A stretch of DNA of 64,000 bases from Tubiluchus corallicola. Taxonomy: Eukaryota > Animalia > Priapulida. Below the pieces are notes generated by a model. The model was given only the letters and a program-made list of their open reading frames with translations. It did not search any database and was not told the origin of the DNA. The first letter of the stretch is position 1. Each line of letters starts with the position of its first letter. Positions 35,187 through 46,012 of this stretch are shown in pieces. The position numbers and the translations under genes were made by a program. The DNA lies in assembly GCA_030141605.1 (NCBI GenBank), contig JAQGDQ010000333.1:62001-126000 (forward strand), read 5' to 3'.

Positions 35187-37331
35187 TCATTTACGTCTGC
35201 CATGTATACCAATTTTTTTCTGAATGTTCAAAAGTGTTTGTAATGGTAAACTCTCTAAACTGATATGCAGCTCATGATACCACGGTTCAGAAGACTGTTC
35301 GGAAGGACCACGCGATACATCAGATGTAACTTTTACTGGTAATCCGTTGGTTTCGTGTGACCGCCGTGGCATATACTCTGTGCTGCACAGTTCTTCTAGA
35401 TTTGGTGTCATATCAGATGACCACATCTGTAACTTCCTCAGTTCTTTTAGTAAATTTTCCTTTCCTTTATGATTGCTTTTCTTTGCATATGGTGGAGATG
35501 GAGTCTGGTGTACAATGACATCACTATGACGTGTAGATTGATCTCCAGTGTCATTGTCTCCTGAACTGTTTGTTCTAAATGTAGTAGTTTGGAATGAAGT
35601 TCTATCAGGCTTTTGGTTAAGTCGGACATGCCCGCTTTTTGCTAATTTTGTTTGTGTTACACTAGCACAGTTTCTCTGGCCTGGTGCCATCAAGTCGTTC
35701 TGGCTAGAATCAGCAGTTCTTATTTTGTCTTCAGCTTTAATACGTTCACCAATAAATTGGTTTAACATGTTTGCAATAGGAAAATTAAGTTTTTCTACTT
35801 CACTTATATTTTCTAATGAACTTTCCGTAATTTTTGCTGAACTGCTATTTCGCGTGTGTCTTAAAGATGCCAATCTGCCTACCTTACCAGATGATGGAAA
35901 GTTCCTTTCTGAAAAATATGCAGATGATTCGTCAACAAATGAATTAGTTGAACAATTGTTTACTGCTCTACGTAAAGCATAGCGTTTTGAAGACGTATTA
36001 TCTACTTGTGACAAATCCAAATATGACATTTTTGTGATAGGTTTGCCAATCGTCAAGCTCTTGCCTGAATCCAAACCTAGAATATCCTGGTCATACAGAA
36101 AAAGTTGCCGTTTATGTACTGGGCGATTGTTTGGCCTACTGACACCAACTGATACTTTTTTGCTATTATTTTTACGAGCTTGCAAAGACACAGAAGTTTC
36201 AACATTTTCCAGTTTAATGCGAGGAGATCTTCGTAGAAAATCATTAAAACACATTGACAAACTTGATTTACTCAATGCATCCACTTCTTTTTCTACCTTG
36301 TGATTACACGTTTTCCTAAAACTAGACCTCAAAATTCTTTTCTGTGATTGAGACTCATCGTTTGAGCCATTTTGAATACTAGTGTATGCCTCGGTCTTGC
36401 AGTTTAGCGAGTTTTGCCCATTGCCATGCACTACTGAAGCGTTATCACACTGGGGCAAAAAATTCGTTGCAAGAAGCCTTCGTCTCTTGTTAGTAGCATT
36501 CACAGGAGAATCTTTGGCAAGTAAATCATCGAAAAATGGCTCCACTTTAACATCAAGATTGCAGGTCAATATATCATTATACGTTCCAACACTTTCAGAC
36601 ACTGCCCTACGTTTGCGACTTGACAAGGGATACTCATCTACCACACTGGTGCAAATGCGTTTTTGACTACGCTTTTTTCTAGTAGTACCAGTTCGCAGTG
36701 ACTCAGTTTTCTTTACCGAAATATCACTTGTAGCGTCTTTGTCACTATTATCACTGAACAAAATATCTGAATCTATAAATGAAGGTTTATGATGGTAATT
36801 AATGGGCGAACTGACATCATCGAGAAGTCTTTTCAACTCCCGGGTTCCAGGGGATTTCGGATCATGTTTTAAAGGCTTTTCCAAATTGCATGTACTTTCC
36901 ACAGGCCGTACATCAGTAGTCTTCTTAGATATCTTTAGCTTCGAATGTTTGGCATCTTTAAAGATATTAGATGTTTTAAAAGTTATTTTGCTGTTTGAAG
37001 TGTTTGTTTTTGAATCTGAAGTATCTAATACATGTGTTGTGCTATCAGGTATCATGTCAGCAGATGACAAAACTACACTTTCAGTGACTTCTACTGGCTT
37101 ATTGTGCTTCCAAGACTTGTATTTTTCTGGTTTGCCTCGTCCACAGAGCAAAACACGATCGTAAATGGTTTTATCATGGCTTGCACCAATGACTTCTTTT
37201 ATCGTATGCTCGGACAGTCGACTGAATCTGTTGAACATTTCACTTTGCTTGTCAAACACAGCCTGCCTTTGTTTGTACCAATTTCGCTTATTTTTTTCTC
37301 TCCGCTCGATCATATAGCACAAATTTCGAAC
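35187..37331 (-). CDS. JADE: JADE terminal coding exon (VRNLCYMIERREK plus ~680-aa low-complexity tail)
   Basis: Acceptor ttttttcag|GTT at 37332-37333; open frame to TGA at 35187-35189 (2145 bp). Confidence 0.9.
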   Translation of the reverse strand, partial: VRNLCYMIERREKNKRNWYKQRQAVFDKQSEMFNRFSRLSEHTIKEVIGASHDKTIYDRVLLCGRGKPEKYKSWKHNKPVEVTESVVLSSADMIPDSTTHVLDTSDSKTNTSNSKITFKTSNIFKDAKHSKLKISKKTTDVRPVESTCNLEKPLKHDPKSPGTRELKRLLDDVSSPINYHHKPSFIDSDILFSDNSDKDATSDISVKKTESLRTGTTRKKRSQKRICTSVVDEYPLSSRKRRAVSESVGTYNDILTCNLDVKVEPFFDDLLAKDSPVNATNKRRRLLATNFLPQCDNASVVHGNGQNSLNCKTEAYTSIQNGSNDESQSQKRILRSSFRKTCNHKVEKEVDALSKSSLSMCFNDFLRRSPRIKLENVETSVSLQARKNNSKKVSVGVSRPNNRPVHKRQLFLYDQDILGLDSGKSLTIGKPITKMSYLDLSQVDNTSSKRYALRRAVNNCSTNSFVDESSAYFSERNFPSSGKVGRLASLRHTRNSSSAKITESSLENISEVEKLNFPIANMLNQFIGERIKAEDKIRTADSSQNDLMAPGQRNCASVTQTKLAKSGHVRLNQKPDRTSFQTTTFRTNSSGDNDTGDQSTRHSDVIVHQTPSPPYAKKSNHKGKENLLKELRKLQMWSSDMTPNLEELCSTEYMPRRSHETNGLPVKVTSDVSRGPSEQSSEPWYHELHISLESLPLQTLLNIQKKIGIHGRRK

Positions 37332-40300
37332 CTGAAAAAATGTATTAAATAATAAATAGAAAAGGTAAATCTTTCTCAAATTTTGCAATTATGTAAAAAT
37401 GGGGTAAACTCACTTCAAAAAAAAATCCCGTAAACATTTTTTCCTGAATAACCATTTCCCAAAATTTTTTCCAGAACCGTCATTTCACAAAAAATAAAAT
37501 TCACATTAAAAGCGCAACAAATCTTCAGTTAGACAATGAGAAATAAAAAAATATGAAAACTGTGTCAAATCGTTAACGTAAGAAAGTAGACATGTAATGT
37601 CAAAACAATTAGGTGGCAAATCATGCTGATCTTTGCATCTATGAAATACTAAGTAATCACAGTGTATGATTCGCTACCAAAGTAAAGCAATATCAAGCCT
37701 GTCAACTGATTATTTTGATGACTGCTTAGGAATCTCACTTTGGACAGTTTCACTGCTATGCCGAATTATTTCGCTGATTAATTCAATTCGATTCATCTTT
37801 TATTCCATTATTAAAACTGCTACATGATTCACTAAAAATGCACGATTACTGCACATTCACAAACATACAAAATACTAATTCTACTAATTACATGCAATAA
37901 CAACAACAAGAAATATTAAAAGTTATCCACACCAAATAAGGACGTGCACAACCTAAAAAATTTTGCAAGTGTATCACACATCAGAGTCACTATAGCAATA
38001 TATGCCATTAGACCATTGTCATTGAGTGAGAAAGAAAAAAGGCGGGAGACATATAAGGAGGGAGAGAAGGAGAAAGGAAGAGATGGACCAAAGAAAGGAG
38101 GAGGGAGAAATGGAAAAAACACAGAAAAAGAAACCAGAAGCTTTACTTACTAAAGTAGCAGATCTTTCAAATAAAAATGAAACTGTGATTTTTTTCCTCT
38201 TAAAAGCTATTTCTGCGAAACAAATTCTCTAGGAAGTGCTTTTTGGAGAAAAAAGTTTACCGGGAAACACTTTTTCTAGGAATCTAGGAAACGGATTTAA
38301 ACACGGATATTTTACAGTTGATAATTATGTATGGAAATAGCGATCTCAAGTTTTCTTAGTTTTGTAGATTTGTATTTTTACAAGGGTGTTTTTTTTCATT
38401 TATCCACAGACCACTCTGTTCCTCCAGCATTAGAGTATCCTCGTTCATAAACTACATACAGTATAGAAAGCAGGCGAGGTTAAATAAAGTGTTTGTCTCA
38501 AGTAGTGGATGAATTTGATTTTAAATAAATTAGCTTAGAACTTTTTGTTTTGTGACCACAGAGATAAAAATTTTTATGAAAAGGTCGCTGAGACACTCAG
38601 CGGTTTTTAAGAATCAGTAGCTGGGATGGTGCCAGACTTGAGAAAATCGCCACAAAAATAAGTATCCTCCAAAAGGCTCCAAAACGAATATTAAAATCGC
38701 AAGTGCAGCCATTCATAATGTTCTTTTAGATACAGAAGCAAAACTTTGCAAAGGCTGGCAACCCACTGACCTTGTCACCTTGAGTTAAAGTTTAATTGCA
38801 GAGAAAAACAATCTCACTATGCGCATTTAACCTGCTTATCTATATTATTTTATAGATGTTATGTTTAAAGCCTGCTGCTCAAAGTGAAGTGTTAAAGTGT
38901 CCCTGGAGCTGCATAGTGCACACCAATAGGTTTAATTTTTTGCCTAGGCAGGCTTTACATAAAGTGAATAACTATTTAATGAATCTTGCAGGTAAGTATT
39001 TATTTCACAGAAACTTAAATTATACTAAAAGTAACTGCTCTGGAATATATACTTTCTCGGATCTGGATCTAGACTTTAGGTCCAAGTCCAAGAAGGTAAC
39101 ACATATTAACTTAATTAGGACTGTTGCCAACTAATGAACATTGGCAACTAATGAAAGCTAGAAAAATTTTACAGACTATTTCCAATATTATGTTTGCTAA
39201 TTTTTGTGAATGAGAATGAATTTGAAACATATTACAGTAGAATTCACGTAGAGTGAACTATTGTGCTAAAATTGTTAAATTTTTTCTAAAAATAACTGAA
39301 GTTGCCAAAAGCAAGCCTTGAGATATCAGACTCAGACTTCTATCATTATAATGTAATTAATTTGTAACAGTTGTTAATTGAATCTATAGAAAACTTGTAC
39401 TATGGGTTTAACTACAGCTTAAAATAGTGTAATATCTAATAAGATACATTTATCGAATGTTAGATTTATTGGATGTGCGCGGATAAGCAATATTATTACA
39501 CTGGGGCTCCATTCACATCAAGAAGCAGTGGTCCCGCTTGAGTTATTTGTAATCTATAGAATAATTTAATAATTTTACCAACATAATTTTGCCAAGTTAC
39601 CATTAAAATCATTATCATCTATAGGTGTTGATTCCTGAGCAAGATGCATGCTATTATTCTCTGAAAGATGTTTCACTCAACCTATTGGTTCCTCAAAGCT
39701 GTTTGTCAAAGATGAAGATTAAGACATTTGGAGCGAAATATCAGCCTTCGTCAATGATTCAGGAAACTCTGAATTTATTGGTGGAGAATACAAATACAAA
39801 ATGAATGTGCTGAAGGATCAATGGGCCAAAGTAAATTCACAAGTGTTCTCCGTGTTTTTAACCAAGGCTATTTAAGAAATGGCTTTTTCACATGACCAAA
39901 AAAGAAAGTAAAAAAGATTTGGTTAATTTCAATACATTGCGACATTTAAGAGTTTTGTACGAACTGACATGTAAATTGATTAATTGAAACCCACCTTATA
40001 GCTTAAACCATTAACCAAAAAATCATTATTTAACTGAACAAAAAACAGTTAACGATTCTTGTAAATTACTTTATTTTGCTCACTGGTCATCAGGAAAGTG
40101 TGGAGAAAACATTTTTATAAAAGTTCAATACATGTAGTAACAAAGCTGAAAACTAACATGAGAAAAAATGCTAAATTCATAACTGCAGAGAGTAAAATTT
40201 CAGCAAGGAGCCTGGTGCAGTCACTCTTCACTGTGGTACAGTAGGTAGATACTACAAAGTCTGTACACTAGTTATAATAGTTCTATGCACATGCTGCATG

Positions 40301-40770
40301 GCAATACTACATTGTCCTAGCTAGCAATTTATGAATGCTTTTCCAGCATGCAGCTCAGCATGAAACGTTTAGAATAAAAAATTAAATTTGAAAAACGCAT
40401 TAAGCTTCCAGACAAATAAACTTCTTTTGACCAGTCACTTAGCTTTGAACATGAGTGCAAGGCAAAAAAATCGTTAGAAAAAGTCCATTGTCCAGAATTA
40501 CGAACATTACATATTGCCAACATTGTCCGTTAAATGAGAATCCTTAGTTTAAAATCCAATGCGTGAATAACAGGTAACAGCACCCATGCCACAGCGGTTT
40601 TATAAATAACATGTGTTGTTTCTCAAATTTTTAACTCTCGCAAATTTGACAAATACAATTACACTGCATTGTACTGCTTCCACTTTTCTACTGTAACTCC
40701 ATATTAAGTCTAACTTTACCATTTAATCATTATTGTCGATGTGCTAAATAGCAAAATTTTGGTAACTTAC

Positions 40771-40896
40771 TCGTTCTAGGTCTTGACGGAGGTAGATAAG
40801 GAATTTCAACTTCACATACAAGTTATCCTCTTGTTGTCTCACCAAGATTTCTTCTTGCTCTTGCTTAGGTGTAAGCAATGGCTTATTAAATTCCGA
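40771..40896 (-). CDS. JADE: JADE exon (SEFNKPLLTPK..LRQDLER)
   Basis: tttag|TCG ... CGA|gtaagt; 126 bp, phase 0-0. Confidence 0.92.
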
Positions 40897-41375
40897 CTAA
40901 ATAAAATTCAATACAACGGGGCGCTAATAACTGTAAAGGCATTAATAAAATCACACAAAATCATTTAATATTGCAAAAAATGTTAATTCATCACAGAAAA
41001 TGAAATGCTAATGCCAGTCAAAATGGCTTACTATGCCACAAAAAGAATTTTAAAACTATAACAAAAATAAACCATAATAATAACAATAATATAATAAACT
41101 TACAACCTGTGTCAGACGAACTAAAGTAAATAACATGGTTAGCCACTATTACTAAAATAATGAATGTCCCACCTACCTCAGACACATTTTAGTTAACAAA
41201 TCACATTTAAAAAAAATTTACATTAGAACTATGCATTACTTTTCGTTTTTCAAAATAAAGTTATATGCATACTCATAGTGTAAACCAAATCAGGACATAT
41301 TTTGATATGTTGGCTAACTAAGATACTTTTGGTACTCTTTCCCTAACAAAAAAACAACCACATTGGTTTACTTAC

Positions 41376-41496
41376 CCTTCTTTTCAATTTCCAATAGTTG
41401 TAGACCAAATCAACGGCACTAATATCACCATCTAAGCTTGCAGCAATGTCACGAGTGCGAACGTAATTGTAAAACTCTTCCTGAATCTGATTAATC
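41376..41496 (-). CDS. JADE: JADE exon (INQIQEEFY..YNYWKLKRR)
   Basis: tttcag|G ... AGG|gtaagt; 121 bp, phase 2-0. Confidence 0.92.
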
Positions 41497-41816
41497 CTGA
41501 AAGAAGACAAGTCAGCTGCTATGAAATTTTGCAATATATCCTTATAAAACAAAGGAAACCAATGCTTAAAATTTGAATGTCTTTAAAATAGCTGGATCTA
41601 ACAGCATCTCTACAGATCAACCTTAAAATGTATGCAAATTGTGAAGTTACTGCGATAAGATTAATATTTAAAGCACTTGATTGCTTAACTGAAAGCACTT
41701 GCATGATCTTGCATTGTTTTCAAAGGCAAGTGTGTCAACATTTAACAATGTTTCGTTTCAGTTGCGGTTTTGCTGGAATGCATCAGCATCGTTAGACGAA
41801 AGCTTACTGCATTAGA

Positions 41817-42306
41817 CAGGGATGAGAATGACAAATTGCAAAAAACTCTGAAACAGGCCGGGGGGTTTCTAGCCACCTTCGCCCCCTAGCAACAAATTGC
41901 AATTTTCTGACCATAGAGAACCTCTAAGTGGACTCAAAATATCGATTACCTTGTTTCAGGCATAATTTAAAATACCCAACTATCAAGGATACATGATACC
42001 TAATTGTCTCAAAAATGCCTAAGTACTGGCCGCTCCTATGCAAAAGTATATAAAAACTGTCCGCAATTGACTCAATCGACTCCGCACAATTGATTCTATA
42101 TTTTTATACATAGAGATATACACATTGTTTCACTGATGTATGTTATGTAAACAAAGTGATGGCCTGCCAACTAGCGGTCAGCTTGTGAAATAATGTACTG
42201 GGTCCGTAAAAATTTTCTCAGCGAATTTATGGGATTTACAGAAATGGCACTACTGGTCTTCCAAAAACTCGGAATTCCACGTATCCGCAGAAAATTCTCA
42301 TCCCTA
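41817..42306. mobile_element. hAT-type MITE (490 bp)
   Basis: TIRs CAGGGATGAGAAT / ATTCTCATCCCTA; 8-bp TSD GCATTAGA / GTATTAGA. Confidence 0.85.
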
Positions 42307-42457
42307 GTATTAGATAAAATAAAATGCTCAGGGCTAGCCGATTAAGCTTAGGAACCTTCCTATGGAACAGACTAAGCCGCAATTCGAAATGTAGTCAATC
42401 CCTTTTAACCCGTCAAAAAGAAATATTTCAAAAGTATTAAGAGTAACACAATTTGAT

Positions 42458-42548
42458 GCGCGGCATGTTCCTGAGCTCCACGTGGTGTCGCGCGGGCAAC
42501 AGATGATGGACCCGAGGATTATCAAATGATTCTGGCTGACTAGGAACA
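42458..42548 (+). ncRNA. HDV-like self-cleaving ribozyme at the exact 5' end of the LINE
   Basis: P1 GCGCGGC/GUCGCGC, P2 UGUUCCUG/UAGGAACA, P3 AGC/GGU (central G-G mismatch), L3 UCCACGU, P1.1 CC/GG, P4 CAGA/UCUG and UGAUGG/UUAUCA, J4/2 CUGAC with candidate catalytic C at 42536. Confidence 0.85.
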
Positions 42549-42908
42549 CCCTGGCTGCTGGGGAATGAACAAGGATGGGGCGTGGTGGGAGAATTAGGAA
42601 CTCAGGAACAAGCGAAAGCGAGAAGCCTGTTTTTTCCGAAGTCTTCCCCATTCCGTAATCTGAGTCTGTCCTCCAAAGGCCACCGGCTGTCATGAACCTT
42701 GTCTCTAAAGGCGGGGGAGGGAAAGGAACCTATGACGGAATCTCATCGTGAAGGAGGGTACAGGTCTAAAACGCGTTCCGTGCCGCGGCCACGAGGTAGT
42801 TCTAGAGGCCCGCTCCTGGTCTAGCCACCTGGGAGGGCTGCCTCCGTCAACTCGTGAAAATCTCCTCGCACTCGTAGCTCCAGTTGGCGACTGGATAGGG
42901 GCCTGAGT

Positions 42909-43876
42909 GTGCGTTGGGGGGGGGCATTCCCGATGCCACCTTTCGTTGACAAGTCCGTCAGTATTAGGTCCCTGATCTCTTCCGTTCGGAGGGGGCTGGT
43001 GAGTGCCAGTCGGCTCCTGGGTTGGAGTTTACCCGTTCTAAAAAACCACAAAACTAATGAAATGTATAAAAAAGAAAAATCGAGCTCAGCACGGCTCACT
43101 ACCCTAACAAAATTAAAACCTGCTGGGAACAAGCCGGTGAAAGCCGGATCTTCCCGTGAACCAAATTTGAAACCAGAACAGCCGGAAATTACGGAGTTCT
43201 TGGAAGGAAAGAAAACTGATGACATGCAAGTCTCTGAAAAAGGGAATCCATGGACTACAAAGACCAGTAAAGGTCCGGCATCGTCAGAGTGTACTCTGAA
43301 CACCGTACCTGCCCCAGAAGGAGTAGATACCCGGAATCCTGGTGCTCCAAATGAGCCCAGCAAGCCCGAGGAATCGAAACAGATGGGGAAAAATCATGAA
43401 AAAAACCGGCGGAAGAAGGAAAAGAGACGACTTCTGAAAGGTGTGTCGGCTATGTCAATCGCCAATCAGGAGGAGGCTCCCACTCCTAACCCATCGGTGG
43501 TGAAAAAGAGAACGAGCAGCGCTCTCTCAACTCCAAGTCCGATCTCGAACGTGAAGCGACCCCGGGGTGACTCCGGGCAAGCCGGGCGTAAGGGAGAGGA
43601 AGGTCAAAAGGGTGAAGGCACAGAAGGAAGCAGTAAGGCCCCAAGGCTGTGAAGTCCGGCGGCCAACACCTTAAAATTACAAAAAAGGACGCGGGAGAAG
43701 ACCCTCTGGACGGCTCGGATTTACGGGCAATACAGTCGGGGACCTACCGGTGCATTGGAGATGTTGTTGAATATCACACCAATAGACGAGTTCATTCGGT
43801 CGGAGGCGGTCCGAGGGTCATACCGTATAGATACGGCGGGGCTCTGGACAGCGAAGACCGTGGGAACTTTTGGTAA
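42909..43876 (+). pseudogene. Remnant ORF1 (basic, low-complexity N-terminus) of the LOA/R1-like LINE
   Basis: K/R/S/P-rich frame 42909-43652 continuing after a frameshift; position between 5' UTR and ORF2 remnant. Confidence 0.55.
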
Positions 43877-44904
43877 GTCTAAGTCATATCGATGTGTGCA
43901 ATAGCTATAGGCGCGACCTCCAACTGTTGCATATGCCGGGTGATTTAAGAAAAAGAACACGCGTGTTCGAAAGAAATTTCGAATGCCAGATTCAGGAAAG
44001 AGAAATCGCTATCAAATCGGAAGGCGAAATGGATAGGAACTGTGTCAGGTGTTATACCGATGGTTCCAAACTGGACGGAAGGATCGGTGCAGGTATACGT
44101 ATCGAGTATCCGACTGAGTCCAGAGTATTGGAGGAGTTCTTCTATCTTGGGAAATTGAGTACTGTTTTCCAGGCAGAAGTTTTCGCCATATCACAAGCGG
44201 CGGAGATAATGTCTTCGGAAGGACTCCAGAATCAATCAATAGTCATCCTGTCAGACAGCCAGGCGGCTATTAAAGCTACGGAAAACAATACAGTAAAATC
44301 TATCTCGGTTTTACGATGTGTTGAAAACTTGAACATACTTGGAAAAAGAAACCGAGTCTTGGTTACATGGATTCCTGGACACGAAGGAGTACATGGTAAC
44401 GAAGAGGCGGACAAACTTGCTAAAAAGGGATCTGAGCTCTCTCCGGAGGGACCAGAACCCTATCTGCCTGTCCCTTACGCTAGCTGTGTCTACGCGATTA
44501 AGGGATGGAGTCTAAAACGATGGGAAACGTCGTGGAATAATCGTGAGGACTGCAAAAGAACAAAGGAACATGTGGGCTGGGCCTCGGCCCGAGTCTGCAA
44601 TAGGCTCCTGAGTCTCAGTAGAACTCAACTCAACATGGTTATACAGGTCCTAACCGGACACTGTAATCTCCAAAAACATAAAAAAACCACTTGTCGAGCA
44701 CAATCCGCGATTTGCCCGAAATGTGGTCAGGAAGACGAAACACCGGACCATCACGTGGGACGATGCACCGCCTACCAGGGTGCTCGTATCAAATGTCTGG
44801 GAAATAAAAATACAACACTTAGAGCAGTTGTAGAGAATTTAAACCTGAAAAAACTAGCGGCGTATCTGAAACAAGCTGGAAGGCTTGCCGAGTACGACCA
44901 ATAG
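43870..44904 (+). CDS. Open C-terminal part of LINE ORF2: RNase H plus CCHC finger
   Basis: YTDGSKLDGRIGAG, VFQAEVFAI, ILSDSQAAI, TWIPGHEGVHGNEEADKLAK (D-E-D-H-D all present); LTGHCNL; CPKCGQEDETPDHHVGRC; no stops in 344 codons. Confidence 0.88.
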   Translation: MVSLSHIDVCNSYRRDLQLLHMPGDLRKRTRVFERNFECQIQEREIAIKSEGEMDRNCVRCYTDGSKLDGRIGAGIRIEYPTESRVLEEFFYLGKLSTVFQAEVFAISQAAEIMSSEGLQNQSIVILSDSQAAIKATENNTVKSISVLRCVENLNILGKRNRVLVTWIPGHEGVHGNEEADKLAKKGSELSPEGPEPYLPVPYASCVYAIKGWSLKRWETSWNNREDCKRTKEHVGWASARVCNRLLSLSRTQLNMVIQVLTGHCNLQKHKKTTCRAQSAICPKCGQEDETPDHHVGRCTAYQGARIKCLGNKNTTLRAVVENLNLKKLAAYLKQAGRLAEYDQ

Positions 44905-45438
44905 ACGTATAGCAGTGAATAATTGCAATGGGCCTGTTGAAGGCCTCAGCAAAGTGTCGGGGGGTGGGATTTCTCCATCCTATACAATCTCCCCGACACC
45001 ACTGCCCCCCTAATAAAAAAAATAAAAATAAACACAATTTGATAATGGTAATAACCTGCATTCTTTTTCCACAGTAATCTTAATAAAACGTGACTATGCT
45101 CAACAGGTTACTGAACACTTTATAATCATGATCACAGTTTTTTTTAGTTCTCGCTCTATTTCATCTTTCATTCACTACTCCCCCCCCCACTTTTTTAAGG
45201 CTCAAACTGTATGCATCAAAATTATTCTGTAATGTAATTTGCACATGTATATGATGCATTTTGTAATTTCTCGATAATACTGCATTTATTTATATTTATA
45301 TTTACTTAAATGGATAATTATCTGTATTTTAATGATAATTGTAAGGTGCAATGTGGAAATGAATAAACTCTAAACTCTCTTGAGCTTTCGTCATTTAAAC
45401 AGCTAAACAGTTATGCAAAATAATAAAAACAAACACAC

Positions 45439-45545
45439 CTTGCTAATCTTTGTTTAGCAGTTTCTTCTCCTTTGGCTGGAGACTGATCCTTACAATATGA
45501 CAAATCAGCTTTTCTTGGTGAGCCAGAATGCTTTGGACAATAAGC
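45439..45545 (-). CDS. JADE: JADE exon (AYCPKHS.., end of PHD2)
   Basis: tgttag|GCT ... AG|gtgtgt; 107 bp, phase 0-2. Confidence 0.9.
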
Positions 45546-45789
45546 CTAACAAAAGAATTAAATGCAAATAAAAATATTTAACTATTAAACTGTTATAATA
45601 TAACAAGAGTGTGCAAATTTTAAATAAGCAAGTTAAAGCATCGTACCACAACATATTTTAAAAAACTTCTTTATGTTTTCTGGAAAATTTAAGCGATTCT
45701 TTTTAGTAAGCACTGTTGGAAACTTAGGTGTACTGCTGAATTAGCTTTAACTATGGTTGCACATTATACGTTGTACAAACTAAATCAAA

Positions 45790-46012
45790 TGTGAAAGTAT
45801 CACACAATGTCAGCACTATTTCGAGCCTTTATTGTTACTAATCTGGATTCTTGTAACAGTTTATTAACTTGTGATATTCAATATTGGCTCAAAGATCTGG
45901 AAAGGTGTGCAGAATGCTGCTGCATGCCTTATCACTTTCACACCAAAGTTTGACAATACTATGCCAGTTCGGATTTATCTCCACGTGCTTCTAGTGAAAT
46001 TCAGAATTTAGC
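45790..46012 (+). mobile_element. L2-clade LINE fragment (ORF2 C-terminus)
   Basis: AFIVTNLDSCNSLL..VQNAAACLITFTPKFDNTMPV..LHVLLVKFRI resembles L2 LDYCNSLL..QNAAARL..HITPVL..LHWLPV..RI. Confidence 0.7.

Larger units (their letters stand above)
42458..45030 (+). mobile_element. Internally deleted LOA/R1-group LINE with RNase H (2.57 kb), antisense in a JADE intron
   Basis: 13-bp TSD AACACAATTTGAT at 42445-42457 and 45031-45043; A-rich tail 45011-45030; GC-rich 5' UTR; broken ORF1; RNase H and CCHC present, APE and RT core absent; 3' UTR AATGGGCC..GGCCT hairpin. Confidence 0.9.

Noticed and set aside
35548-37352. Plus-strand ORFs opposite the JADE last exon
   Set aside because: Antisense shadows of the 2.1-kb coding exon
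37400-38305. Possible MITE with subrepeated ends and a purine-rich ORF
   Set aside because: TIR and TSD could not be defined; ORFs 37916-38232 come from a GA-rich simple tract
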